Shown here in pieces: positions 37,278 through 51,622 of a DNA stretch of 64,000 nt. The DNA lies in NCBI GenBank assembly GCA_951406725.2, contig OX597831.1:57474001-57538000 (forward strand), given 5' to 3'. The first letter of the stretch is position 1; the number at the start of each line of letters is the position of its first letter. The notes beneath the pieces were generated by a model. It was given only the letters and a program-made list of their open reading frames with translations, searched no databases and was not told the DNA's origin. The position numbers and the translations under genes were made by a program. This DNA is from Octopus vulgaris (Eukaryota).

Positions 37278-37431
37278 TTATAAACATAATTATAATCAGG
37301 GGTCAGCTAACTGTTTCGCCATGCATCGAATTTAGAAATAGGAGCTAAATGCTTTTTCTACTACCATAAATTTCTAAATTCGGTGCGTGTCGAAGCAATT
37401 AGCTGATCCCTGATTATAATTATGTTTATAA
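37278..37431. mobile_element. Palindromic MITE-like hairpin
   Basis: 62-bp imperfect arms at 37278-37339 and 37370-37431 with a 30-nt spacer. Confidence 0.75.
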
Positions 37432-37580
37432 TTATAGAATATTTGTATACTTATTTATTTATATATATTATTAAATATATACTTTTTTTATTTATATATA
37501 TAAGGATATGCAACCAGTAGTGGAAGCATGTAAACATTACTCTAAATCTGGCCTCCATCTTCAGGGTGGAGAGATTGCCA

Positions 37581-38070
37581 ATACCTCTCTTCAGTATTTC
37601 CCATTGATAAAGGCTAAAGAGCTAGAAAAACTGCATCTGTGAATTTGATAGAGGGCAACATGGAGTAGATAAGGTATTTTTACACCTTTTACCATAAGAG
37701 AGAATTTTTTTTCTCCATAGTCACTGCAGTGAATTTGCCTTTCAAAGATGAAATATGTCACAAACATATTTTGATTAACCAAAAGTTCACTTATGCCTAA
37801 ACACTGCTTGATGCTGATACTACAGAGTCAATGTTGTTGATTATGTTTTAGTTAAAGTTACAGTTTTAAATCTGTGCAGAGTTACCTCTCTTTTGTATTT
37901 TCCATTGATAATGGTTAAAGAGCTAGAAACCCTGTATCTGGGTATCCAATAGAAAGCAACACTGGGCAGAAATGGTATTTTTGCACATTTTACCATAAAA
38001 GATCATCTTTTCTTCATAGTAACTGCAGTGAATTAGCCATTAGAAGTCGAAATATGTCACAAATATATTC
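37581..38070. repeat. Diverged tandem duplication, period about 300 bp
   Basis: tacctctctt..gtattt.ccattgataa...aaagagctagaaa...aaatatgtcacaaa occurs at about 37582 and 37883. Confidence 0.7.
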
Positions 38071-39330
38071 TAAGTTTGCTTGATAACCATTATCAGAATG
38101 GTGTCGTTCTTACTTATGATTATGTAACCATATAAAATTAAAGCTACATTGCCACATCTTTACAATCACATATTGTTACACGAAGTCAACCAAAACACCA
38201 ACAAAACCACATGCTGTTATACCAACAGAACAACACAGTCACTCCCAGCACACCACACATGGATACATCAACACGAACCAGATACTCCTGCACTAATATG
38301 CCATCACTATTCTGCACAACCATGAAATACACAAAACCTGTCACATTTTCCGAAATAATTACAATTTCTTTCTTACATCTCTATGTTTTAACCTTCTCAC
38401 AAGACTTAACAGCAAATTAATCCAGCAACAACAAGGTGGAGGCGCAATGACCCAGTGGTTAGGGCAGCTGACTCACGGTCATAAGAACGCGGTTTCGAGC
38501 CCCAGCCCGGGCTTTGTGAGTGTTTATCGAGCAAAAACACCTAAGCTCCACGAGGCTCTGGCCGGGGTGGGGGGTGGGGGGTGCTACTGTACTCTTTCAC
38601 CACAACTTTCTCTCTCTGTCTTCCTACTTCTGCAACAAAGCAGAAGAACCATGGTGAGGTAAACTTTCAGACCCTAGTCAAGATTGCGAATCCTCTGTAC
38701 CCCAGGATGGTTCAGCTCTCCACCCGTTAAAAGCCGCCGTTTACGGAATGAGGATAACAACGTAGCTTTCGCACCCGTGCAGCCGCCAGTCTATCGCATG
38801 TGGTGGATGGATCTTCAAGTTGCCACACGCATTCTTAGTAGCTTAGAGTAGGCTCAAATTAGAGATTATTCTTTGTGGCTAATGGCGTGGGTCTTGATTG
38901 GAAGAAGAACAACAACATTTGCCACCTCAGCTACTGTCACTGCCACCACCACCACCACCACTTTCCTATTTGGTCTAGTTGTCTGGGTACTTCTCTCTCT
39001 CTCTCTCAAGTTCTTCCTCTTCAGTGAACAACTTACAGGAGCTTCTGAGTATGTCAAGGGTGGAACAACTTTTTTTAGTTTCAGAGTCAAATTCCAAATA
39101 TTTAAGAGCAACATTACAGAGAAAATGTAGGAATCCCTGTGTACATCAAGGGTGAGAAAACTTTTTAGCCTTAGGGTCAAAATGCAAATGTTCAAGAACA
39201 TGCAAGGGAGCATCTTCGCTGCGAAAAAGTAATAAATATTTAATTTTACAAACTGATAAGACATGTAGCTTGTATGAAATTACTGTTTTGGGTCTTTTTA
39301 TACCAACCACCCTAAAATGTTGATATTTAA

Positions 39331-39550
39331 CCCTTTCGTTACTGTATTTATTTTGATATGTTCTGCGTTTCTTTCAATTACTTTAAATATAACAAAGAAT
39401 TTAGTAAAATAACTTGGTTATCATTAAGCTAGTGTTAGGACCATAAATTGTGACTAAGGTTTGGTGGAAGATTTTAATTCAAAATTTATGAAAACAAGAC
39501 ATTTGTACTCAGAGCCAGAGCCAGTTTCAGCCAGATTGGTAACAAAAGGG
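39331..39550. mobile_element. piggyBac-type MITE family 1, reverse orientation; truncated copy at about 57119-57310
   Basis: TTAA TSD, ccctttcgttac / gtaacaaaaggg ends. Confidence 0.85.
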
Positions 39551-42500
39551 TTAAACAAATAACTTAATAAAAATCCTGTACCTAAATGGTAACATGAGAT
39601 TCCAGTTGCTCAACACTAATGTAATATATCAAGGGTCTTTCTTGAGTATAGGCTCATAAGACTGGTTTCCCAGATTCTGTGGTGTACATATTCATTCTCT
39701 CTGGATGGGACACCAGTCCATCACAAGATTGAACACTTTTGACAGCTGAGTGGACTGGAGCAATGTGAAGTGAAGTGTTTTGCTCAAGAACACAAAGCAT
39801 TTCCCTGTCCAAGAATCAAAACCCATGGTAAAGATACAGGTTCACATCATATTGGAAGCCAAAAAGCTACAATCACATGAAGGTCTTTTTGCTCAATAGT
39901 GACTGAGAAGAATCTGTGATATTCCCTTCCTGTTACCAGCAACCAAAACACAAAAACAGCAACAATAGTGATGCCAACAGTGAAGTAGCAGCTTGCCCAC
40001 AACCAATAGTGGTAACAACTGCAACAGTGACTCCAAGCACAGGACGAACACTGTGAAGGACCAATAATACCAGCAGCACCACCACCACCAACCTAAAATA
40101 CATCAGAGGAAGGGATACCCACCATTTAGACAAATGGACACACAGATGCAGTCGAGGCAAAGAGAGAATGGATGGTTAGAGATGGCTGTTGGACATTCGG
40201 CAGTTATTCTGGCAGCCACTTGGAAGTGTGTGTGTGCGGTGAGATTTCGAAACGATGAGCCAATCTGGACACTGCCTCAACACGCACACCGACTCTCTTT
40301 GATGGTGGTGTCTGGAAGTCAGTGAATAAATATATGACTGAATAAATGTAGCTGGCCCTTCTTCACCTACAACACCCACTTCTGTGATTGATATTCTGTC
40401 AAACAATGAGGACAAGGGGAAGAGACTATGGCAAAATAAAAAAATCATGCTGGGGTGGAAGAAGAGGAAGGTAACTAGTGGCAGTTGCACAATGGTGAAG
40501 GTTGGAAGATTTGATAAGACATGGAGAAAACTGTCAACCTTCCATTCACGATCACCACCACCAAAATAAGATAAAAAAAGGAAGTAATCACCACCAACAC
40601 TCCCTCCACCCCGCCACCCCAGAATACTAAAACAATGGAAGGAAAACTCACAAGTGTCATAGCAAAGCAACATCACAGCAAAAATAACTAAACAACAACA
40701 GCTGAAATCCACAACAACAAAAGCAACAATAACAAGCAAACACAATAAAATCAAGGCAAAAAATATTAACGAAAAAAACAACAAAAACAAAAGCTACAAC
40801 AGTAACTGTAGCAAAATGAAAAGCCAAAACGTACAAGCACCACTCTCCTTAAATTTCACTAATATAAATAAAAACAAAAAATGAACTGATGACGTAAAAA
40901 AGATGTAGTCGTTACCCATAAGCTAGTGGCATGTACCATGCTTTTGAAACTTGCTTTGGGTGCCTGTATATTCATGAATAGACATGGACACTCTTTAAGC
41001 CTTCTCATCCTTGACTCAATGGCATATAAAGGATGTAACAACAGAAGGGAGGGAGGGACCAGTACTCAATTGGTATTCAGGAAATGAAGTGCCTAGCTCA
41101 ATGACACAATATATAACCCAGTTCAGGATTTGAATCCAAAACCTTATGATTGTGAACCCAATACTATATAACCACTAAACAATACGCCGTCACATGCTGT
41201 AAAAAATTAAATTGCAAATGAAAAAAGGAATGGTTCAACAAGCTCACTCCCAAAACACCCCAGCCAATAAAGTCCCAATGAAAACATCATCAGACATCTA
41301 CATAGCACATGGCCTAAAGATGATATTTCCTATGTGATATGAGAATTCTTTTTTAATGGAACAAGAATATTTTGGAGAGGATTTTCAAAGTATCTCTCTC
41401 TACCAGGAAGACTGCGATAACCAAGAATGTGAACCTGACATCTGGAATATTATCAGGCACTCAGTTTTCAGCCAGTCAACCTTTGACTTCTATCGAGGGT
41501 TCAAGGAGGGCAACAATGATGGATTCTCAAAGAGACTCTAGGCATCAATGAACGTCACTTCAACAGCTGGACAACTTCTAGAAAACCCTGACCTGGCAAT
41601 GCTACATGGTTATAAGTTATTCTCCCATAAACCCCTAATCATCATCATCGCCCGCTAACACTCGTTGACGCTACATCAAAGCCAGGGAACAGAAGAAAGA
41701 AGAAGAAAGAAGACATGCACCCAACATCAGAGCTGAAGACACCTCCGAGGGGGGGAGTGCCACGTCAAAACGGTAGAGGAGTAGGGGCTGAAACCGGACG
41801 TGGTTCCTCCTGATGATGTCTTGAGCTAACTGGATCTTATAAAGGACCACGAAACACGGTTGAAATTCCTGGCATGGGTTGGATGGTTTGACAAGAGCTG
41901 GCAAGCTGAAGAGATGCCCGGGCTCCATGTCTGCTTTGGCATGGTTTCTATGGCAGGATACCCTTTCTAATGCCAACTACTTCACAGAGTTTTTGTTAAT
42001 TGTTCTTGTAATGGCCCTTATGTCATTGTCATCATTATCACCACCACCATTTAATGTTCACCTTTCCATGCTTGCATGAGTCAGACTGAATCTGTTGAGG
42101 TAGACTATCTATGGTTGGATGCCCTTCCTGTCACCAACCCTCCCCTGTTTCCAAACAAGATAATAATATTTCCCATGGAAGACTGGAAATGAACAGTGAT
42201 ACTCATTTATAATTATATGATGTCAAGACAAGGGTACAGATACACACACACACTGTGGACCCGCTTGTCATAAATAAAAGATGAGGGTTCCACAATTTAA
42301 TGCTGAACATGCACAGACAATTTATTTATAGCGATCAAACGTTTATGATGTGCATTAACTCAGAGCCTCCATCAACTGAACGTTGCCTGAACAGATGCAG
42401 AGTGTGCCATATGCCAGCATGGGAAATGAAACCACGATGATGTGATCATGAGTACAACACCCTAACCACCAGGTCACATGCCTCACATATATATACACAC

Positions 42501-43150
42501 ATAGCAGATTTCTTTCAGTTTCCATATCTACCAAGTCCACTCACTAGGCTTTGGTTGGCCTGGGACTATACTAGAAGACATTCACCCAAGGCGCTGTACG
42601 GTGGAACTGAACCCAAGACCACTATTCATTGTTAATATTAATTCTATGCTCCCACTGCCACCAATGTTGTTGTTATAAATTTTTATATTAATATCATTAT
42701 TATTATTATTGAGAGAGAAATGCATGCCATCAAAGTGACATTGGGGTACAAATATATGAAACCCAGTACACCCATCATGACTACCCATCTCATAAGGGTA
42801 CACTAAGCACACGCATCACAACTATGTGCACAATATGGTGACATTATATCAAGATAAACAGCGCATGACCTTGTAGGTGAGGCCCAGTTAGAACTATTTT
42901 CAGGTTGAGTAGCTCATCCTGCACAAAAGGTCTCTGAATGAGGGTTGTTTAAGGATGATGAACAAAACACCTATGTTTCCAGAGGTGAATTATTCAAACC
43001 CCAAAGAATTCCTCTCAACACATGGCAATGATGCTCCCCCACTACTTCTGCTTGTGATCAGAGATGCACATATCATCAGCCACTAAGGGACATTCTCAGT
43101 CAGTTATGGTCAAGCAACTGACAAGCAAATCTGTGGTATTGAGCAGAATA

Positions 43151-43387
43151 CCATAGGCAGCAAGCTGGCAGAAACGTTAGCATGCCAAGCGAAATACATA
43201 GCCATATTTCGTCTGCCACTACGTTCTGAGTTCAAATTCTGCTGAGGTCAATTTTGCCGTTCATCCTTTCGGGGTCGATTAAATAAGTACCAGTTACGCA
43301 CTGGTGGTTGATATAATCGACTTAATCCGTTTATCTGTCCTTGTTTGTCCTCTCTGTGTTTAGCCCCTTGTGGGTAGTAAAGAAATA
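43151..43387 (+). mobile_element. Family B SINE inserted in another repeat (about 42700-43520)
   Basis: 16-bp TSD ggtattgagcagaata at 43135-43150 and 43388-43403. Confidence 0.85.
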
Positions 43388-43787
43388 GGTATTGAGCAGA
43401 ATATTTGCTATAGCCCATCTTTTTACACCAAGATAAAACATGTACATAATAACAAAGCCATGAGAGCCAGTGCCTAGTACTGCATCAGGGCATTTATTAT
43501 TATTATTGTTATTGTTATTATTAAGCAGGCAGAATTGTTAGCATGCTGGGCAAAATGTTTAATAGAATTTTGTCCGCCGTTATGTTCTGAGTTCAAATTC
43601 CTCTGAAGTTAACTTTGCCTTTCATCCTTTCAGGGTTGATAAAATAAGTACCAGTCACATACTGGGATTGATGTAATCAATTTAACTCCTCCCCTGAAAT
43701 TGCTGGCCTTGTACCAAAATTTGAAATCAATGTTAATTTCATGTGTCCACTGTCACCATTGTTGTTGACATTATTATAAAGCTTTTA

Positions 43788-43822
<35 letters not shown>

Positions 43823-45696
43823 TATTATCATTGTCATTATTATTAATATTATTATTATTATTATTAATATTATTATTATTATTATTATCATCATTATTAT
43901 TGTTATTGTTGTTGCTGTTATGAATTTTAAGAATTCGGTCAAATCACTTCTAAAACAATTCTTATCAGAAAAAATCTTCGCAATGTATTGGCTTTGACAA
44001 AGCAATCAAGATTTTGATGACGAGCCTTGGACAATGCCAAACAATAATGTTAGAATTAAACAATAGAATGAACATAATACAAAATTTGTTTAGACAAGTG
44101 TGTCAAACTGAACAGAGAGACAAGTGTTATAAATTGAACAAATGAAAAAAAACATGTTAACCTTTTCCTTTCACATAGAAAGCAATGAATTCTGATGACC
44201 AGGAAGTATATTATAGAGCTGCATTCAATAGATAACACACACATATAATGCAGGTTCTGCTTCATCATCGTTTAACGTCCGCTTTTCATGCTAGCATGGG
44301 TTGGACGGTTCGACAGTGGGCTGGTGAACCAGATGGCTGCACCAGGCTCCAGTCTTGATCTGGCAGAGTTTTTACAGCTGGATGCCCTTCCTAATGCCAA
44401 CCACTTCAAGAATGTAGTGGGTGGTTTTTACGTGCCACTGGCACGGAGGTCAGTCAGGCGGTTCTGGCAACGACCTCGCTCGAATAACTTACACATGCCA
44501 ACGGCACAGGTGCCAATAAGGCGATGCTGGTAACAATCCCGCTTTAATGGTTCTGTATTTATTTAAACAGCTGTTAATACATTCTGAACAGGCATAAGAT
44601 TGGTTTATTTTTGCAGGTAAATACGTGTAATAACTTAAGTCAGAACTGGAAAAATGAAAAAAAAAAAAAAAAAAAAAAAAAAAACAAAGTATATTTCAGT
44701 GGGATTTGAACCCAGAATGTTGTGTTTCCCAAACATATGGTTTTGGATTTAGTCTCATGGCATAGCACCTTGGACAAGTGTCTTCTACTATAGCCATGAA
44801 CCAACCAAAGCCTTGCGAATACTGGAAGATGGAAACTGAAAGAAGCCCGTTGAATATATCTGTAGGCGCAGGCGTGGGTTTGTGGTAAGAAGCTTGCTAT
44901 CCAACCACATGGTTCTGGGTTCAGTCCCACCACATTTTTACCTTGGACAAGTGGTTTCTACTATAGCTCCAGGTCGACCAAAGCCTTGTGAGTGGATATG
45001 GTAGACAGAAACTGAAAGAAGCCTATCACATATATATATATGTGTGTGTGTGTGTAATACAAAAAATAGTAAATATTGGGGTCAATTCATTTGGCTGAAA
45101 TTTTTCAGGGCAGTGCCCCAGCATGTCCACAGTCTAATGACAAACAAGTAAAAGATAATTGATACATATATACAAAGATCCTGTTGCTTATCTTGATATC
45201 CTACATGATATCCTGCTGCTTATTTTGATTTTATACATACATATATATATATATATATACATATCGTCGTCATCATCATCATCATCATCATTTAGGCACA
45301 GGTGTGGCTGTGTAGTAAGAAGTATGCCTCCTAAACACATGATTCTGGGTTCACTCCCACTGTGTGACACCTCGGGAAAGTGTCTTCTACAATAGCCTCA
45401 GGCCAGCCAAAGACTTGTGAGTGGATCTGGTAGACGGAAACTGAAAGAAGCCCATTGTGTATATATGTGTGTTTGTGTCTGTGTTTGTCCCCCACCATCT
45501 CTTGACAACTGAAGTTGGTGTTTACATCCCCATAACTTAGCAGTTTGGCAAAAGAGACCAATAGAATAAGTACTAGGCTTACAAAGAATGAGTCCTGGGG
45601 TCAATTTCTTTGACTAAAAGTCTTTAAGGCATTGCTCCAGCATGGCTGCAGTCTAATGACTGAAACAAGTAACAGAATAATATAACAGTGTATATG

Positions 45697-45727
<31 letters not shown>

Positions 45728-46884
45728 TCATGTGTGTGTGTCTTTGTTTGTCCTCCACCACCACCTAACAACTGGTGTTGGTTTTTTTACATTCCTATAA
45801 CTTAGCAGTTTGGCAATAGAGGTTAAAAGGAGTATCGGACTTAAAAATAAGAATTAGTATTGATTTGTTTGTTCAACTAAAACCCTTCAAGGTGGTGCTC
45901 CAGTATGGCTGCAGTCCAATGACTGAAACAAGTAAAAGGTGAAGGATAAAAGTACCAGTTCAAGGCTGTGGGCTGAGAGAATTGTTAGAACATCAACGAG
46001 GATGCCTTGTGGTATTTGTTTCAACAAAATTGTTCTGAGTTCAAATCCTCCCTGGAGCCTGTGTAGGTGTTAGACTACATTTGTCGCCTGGCTTGTGAAA
46101 GTATTTGCATCAGGGTTCTTGTTTGAGTATGTTACTAAGCCGTCTCAGAACCCTGGCACTTCTTTATGACATTAAAAAAAAAAGAAAAACAGAAATAAAA
46201 ATAAAATCACTGTAAGGAGCAGACATAGCTGTGTGATTACGAAGCTCACTTTGACACCGTGTGGTTTCAGGTTCAGTCCCACTGCATAGCAACTTGAGCA
46301 AGTGTCTTATTTCTTTATTGCCCACAAGGGGCTAAACACAGAGGGGACAAACAAGGACAGACAAATGGATTAAGTCAATTATATCGACCCCAGTGCATAA
46401 CTAGTACTTATTTAATCAACCCCGAAAGGATGAACGGCAAAGTCGACCTTGGAAGAATTTGAACTCAGAATGTAGCGGTAGATGAAATACCACAAAGCAT
46501 TTCGCCCGGCGTGCTAACGTTTCTGCCAGTTCGCTGCCTTAATTGTCTTCTGCTATAACCCCAGGCTGATTAATGCCTTCTAAGTGAATTTGATAGGTGG
46601 GAACTAAACGGAAGGTGTCAAAACCATAGTGATAACCAATTGGCAGCTGATGATGAAAATGCACATGTTATGCTTGATTGTGAATTTCCTATATCTTAGT
46701 CTTGTTATTCTGGGTTGTCCTTCATTCTAGTAAAGTGGAAAGTGTTTGTAGATTCACAGTCAGTGGGAATTACTTACTTTAGTATTGTTTTGGTTTCTTC
46801 ATAGGTAACTTAATTAGGCTTGGACAATGCTTAAATAATGGTGTCTAGTTTGGAGGGGTTCTATGACAGATATATATAAATATA

Positions 46885-47450
46885 TTGGGTAGTCCGGAAA
46901 ATTTGTGCCGATTTTTAAAGGAAAGAAAAAGGTCAATAAATATTTGCCATTACATTTTTAATCAACCAAATATGAACCATTTTGTTGCACAATGCATCTC
47001 CATCTTTCCTTTAACGTGAAAATACCCTCTTCCCAGAACTGAGGTGGCTTCATGGCAAAGAATTCGTCAAGGTATCTTTTTACGTCATCCAAGGAATTGA
47101 AATTTTTACCATTAAGACTTTTCTGCAGAGACCTGAATAAGTGGAAATCCAAAGAAGCAATATCTGGTGAATATGGAGGGTGGGATAACACATCCCAGCT
47201 GAGCTGCAGCAATTTTTGTCTGGTTCCCAAAGCATCAAGTGCCGAAAATGAACTTTCTTATCTTCCATTTTAAAGGGTTACAGAAGTAACACAGGTTATA
47301 GGAACATAAACCTTCTTTCACGAAAAGATAGCTTAAACTGTGCTCTAAATGGAGGTGTAGTCATATCCTATTTTATGAACTCAACCATGTTCTAAAATAA
47401 GTTGAAAGGTAAGCTACTATAAATTGGCACAAACTTTCCGGACAACCCAA
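46885..47450 (-). mobile_element. Internally deleted mariner, second family
   Basis: 30-bp TIRs with 3 mismatches and TA flanks; N-terminus MEDKKVHFRHLMLWE joined to C-terminus HPPYSPDIASLDFHLF. Confidence 0.92.
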
Positions 47451-47460
47451 TATATGTATA

Positions 47461-48490
47461 CTAGCAAACACACTTGTTCTTTGGATGGTTTAAGTTGCTT
47501 TGGTGGTATTTTACATGAAAGCGAAATTTCTTGTGTGTGTTTAAAAAAGGCTAGAACAACAATGCTAAAATGTATTTGAAACAATGGACAGCTGTTGAAA
47601 TATCATAATGGATGGATAAATAAGCATCCTTAAAGTGAATCAATGCATTGGTAGATAAACAAAGGTATCAACAAATGGAAGAGATGGAAGGGAACATCAC
47701 CTTTCAAGTAACTCAAAATAGGTAAAGGTAAGCTTGCCAAAGGTTAATGCAGTCTAAATATGGGGATTAAGATTGTTTGGTATTGGATATTCATTGTGCA
47801 CAGAATTCCTAGTCAATTTAATCACCAATGCAGGTGGACAGTATAAATAAATAAATAGACAAAATCTTTTCACTTTTAAATTATTCTCTAACCAAAACTC
47901 AAACAATACATACCAATACACATATAAAAAGAAAAAGAGAGGGTAATAATACACACTTACAACATACAAATAAATGATAAATCAAAAAATGTGAAAATAA
48001 CTAAAATATATTCTGTAATGTAAATATACGACCATATAGATTTAAAATGTATAGAAAACAGTTGAAATAAATAGACAAAATCTGTTCACTTTTATAATAT
48101 TCTCTAACCAAAACACTCAATACACATAAAAAAAATATAGAAAAGTAATAATACACAATTACAACATATAATTAAATAAGTCAAAAAATGTGAAAACCAC
48201 TAAAAAATATTCTCTAATGCCAATATATGACCATATAGATTTTAAAATATGGAAGACCCTATGTACAAAAAGCTATGAACATACAATGAATTAGAGAAAA
48301 ACCCATGTAAAGCACCACTTTTCATGGTTTGTCCATTTACACAGGAGCTCTGGGCAAAATGTTATATAGTACATAACCATCTTCAGGACATAAATAATAC
48401 ATGTGTAAAGTTTGGTGAAAATCAGTTGAGAATTGTGGAAACGTATGTGTTAGTTAATATACACACATACTGTGATTTATATATACTAGA
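47461..48490 (-). mobile_element. Probable non-autonomous Helitron with an internal tandem duplication of about 216 bp
   Basis: Minus strand begins A|TCTAGTATATATAAAT and ends CTAG|T; aaataaatagacaaaatc at 47849 and 48065. Confidence 0.55.
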
Positions 48491-50373
48491 TATATATAGG
48501 TGAGACAGTTGCATCAAGAGATGCTGATCTTTAATTGTAGTGGGAACATATGGAAGGGGTAGACCCAGGAAGGCATGAGATGAAGTGGTGAGAAAGGATC
48601 TACAGATGTTGGAACTCACAGTGGGAATGACAGGGGACCAAAACTCCTGGCTGTATACTGTGCTTGAAAAGACATCAAGCTAAGTAAAAGCGTGGGTTGT
48701 CCTTGCATACAGGCTCATCCCTTGCAACCCTCCCCAGCTAAGCACCCCTAATCTTGCGGGCTCACAACATAAAAAAGCTCCCATGATGATGCTGCATAAA
48801 AGCACCCAGTACACTCTCTAAAGTGGTTGGGGTTAGGAAGGGCATCCAGCCATAGAATCCATGCCAAAACAGACAAGGAGACTGAGTAGCCCATCGGCTG
48901 GTCAACTCCTGTCAAACTGTCCAACCCATGCCACCATGGAAAACAGACATTATATGATGACGATGAGATAGATGTGTGTGTGTGCATGTGCTGTGTGTCC
49001 CCCCACCAGCCCCAGCCCACTTTGATAACCGGTGTTGGTTTGTTTGAGTCCTCACAAGCTAGCAGTTCAGCAACAGAGAAAAGACACATCAGACTAAGTA
49101 AAAGCTTTTTATCAGAGACTGATAGAAAAAAGTACCACACTTAAAAAATAAGTACTGGAGTCTATTCGTTCAACTAAAAACCCATCAAGGTGGTGCTCCA
49201 GCAGGGCCAAAGTCCAATGACTGAACCAAGTAAATGGTGTAAGATAAAATACAATAATGTATTTGTATTCCATCAGGTGCACCACAACTTCTGCAAACTT
49301 ACCACCCTCAATTGCAGAAATGCTGCAACATTGCTGCCTGACTGGCACCCGTGCCAGTGGCATGTAAAAAGCACCATTCGAACATGGTCAATGCTAGTGC
49401 CGCCCAACTGGACCCTGTGACTGTGGCACATTAAAAGCACCCACAACACTCTCGGAGTGGTTAGCTGTAGAAACCTGGCCAGATCAGATTAGAGCCTGGT
49501 GCAGCCTTCCTGGCTTCCTATTCCACAGCCAAACCATCCAACCCATGCCAGCATGGAAGCGGACGTTAAATGATAATGATGATGAAGATTATATATACTA
49601 AGGTAGGAGCAATTAACAGCAACATGAAACCTGAGATTTTGTGGGAGGGAAAAATATGTAAACTGAGATGTTTGTACTTTTACTAAAGCAGAGTAAACGG
49701 GTAGTATACTAAACAAACATACTGTCTTACGATTGAATACTCACACACACACACAAATACTCATATACATGCACAAAATATATGTGCTATGTGTATATAT
49801 ATGTTTATACAGATAAATATTAATATACACACACATATAAATATATATGTACTAACACACACACACACACACACATGTACTAACCCATATATATGTATAT
49901 AAATATATATGCACTAATATATATATATATATATGTACTTATAAATATATATATATGTATATATGTATGTATGTATTAGTCATACATACATAGCGTATAC
50001 ATCCTGTTTATATGTTTGTATGTCAAATTTGCTATGGGATAGCATCCAGGAGAGCTCCCTACATTGCACTGAATAAGGAAATTTCCTCAGGCATTATTCC
50101 ACAACATATTTGGCAAATAAACAAAACACATACACTATGAATGTGGGACCACTAATGTTTACAATACTGGAACTGAACTGATCTGTATATATATATATAT
50201 ATATATATATAATTATGTCTTCTTTTATTCTTTTACGTCCTTCAGTCATATGGCTGTGGCCATGCTGGAGCACTGTCTTTAGTCGAGCAAATCGACGCTA
50301 GGACTTATTCTTTGTAAGCCTAGTACTTATGCCAAACCACTATGTTACAGGGATGTAAACCACATACACACAC

Positions 50374-50409
<36 letters not shown>

Positions 50410-50475
50410 AAAGTTTACGAAAAAAACAAAAGACAAAGACAGGTGGTGTACAAAACAAACAGGAATAGAAAAAGT

Positions 50476-50511
50476 CTTTTACGTTTCGAGCCTACACTCT
50501 TCTACAGAAAG
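50476..50511 (-). ncRNA. Minimal hammerhead motif with variant core
   Basis: CUUU-CUGUAGA-A-GAGU(GUAG)GCUC-GAAAC-GU-A-AAAG; core has U in place of the conserved A6. Confidence 0.55.
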
Positions 50512-50648
50512 GTACACAGAAAAAACAAGGAGAGAAAAAAATGTGTGTAGTGGCTAACGATATTTTTTAAAATATTTTATATTCTTTTCTGTTTTCTGTG
50601 TGTATATATATATATATTTGTATGTATACTTGTATATATATATATACA

Positions 50649-51481
50649 TCTATACTACATATGTGGAAAATTCTGTCTGTGGGTGTGTTTGTGGAGTTGT
50701 CAGGTAACTCCTCCTACATCGTTTTATCAATTTTGATGAAACTTGACACATGGGTAGAACTCATGTCTGGAAACCTCATGGCATACTCAGATTGTTGAAA
50801 AAAAATCGATAATAGGAAGGGATCCTTATATATATATATATATATCTAATATATTTTTATTTTAAAAGCCAAGGGAAATAACCCATTCATCTTCCTAAAT
50901 TATTTGGTATAAATCAAATCAAGTATGCTTATTTCTTAGTATTTGAACTGTTAGTTATTTTTGCAATTTATCCAATACAACCCTTAAACAAGTAAATAGT
51001 ATTTTCCTAAACAATAGATCCACTTATTTTGGTTAGTGACTTATTAACACTAGTGCCCCTAAGGGTAATATTCTCTGGGAATGCACAAAAGCCCTTTTCA
51101 GAGTTATTTCCTTTGAATTGTTATTATCTCATTCCTGAATAGCCTTTTATTACGTAACAGGCTTCACAATTTTAGTATACACACCTTATTAGTATTTCCT
51201 CCTATGTTCTATATACTCTGGGAACGTAGTAAAGCCCTTTTCAGGGCTATTTTATTTGAATTCTTACTATCAGGTAACAGATTTCATGTTATTACATAAC
51301 TGACTTCACAATTTGGGCAGTCACAACTTATTGGGAATTCCTAAAAAACAAGATCCTGCACAAACACCATTTGAAGGGCTACATACTTTGTATTGTTGTT
51401 ATTAGATTAGTGAAACAATTATGAAAACGGAACCAAGTGATAAACCCTGCTTTCCTGAGAATTACAGAGTACATCAGCTAG
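50649..51481 (+). mobile_element. Probable non-autonomous Helitron
   Basis: A|TC start and CTAG|T end; 5' region resembles the other Helitron starts; subterminal hairpin is weak. Confidence 0.5.
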
Positions 51482-51557
51482 TATATACATATATTATTTT
51501 CACATCTTTTATTTTATTTTTTTATATATTTAAAGATATTTTATATTCTTTTCTGTT

Positions 51558-51622
<65 letters not shown>

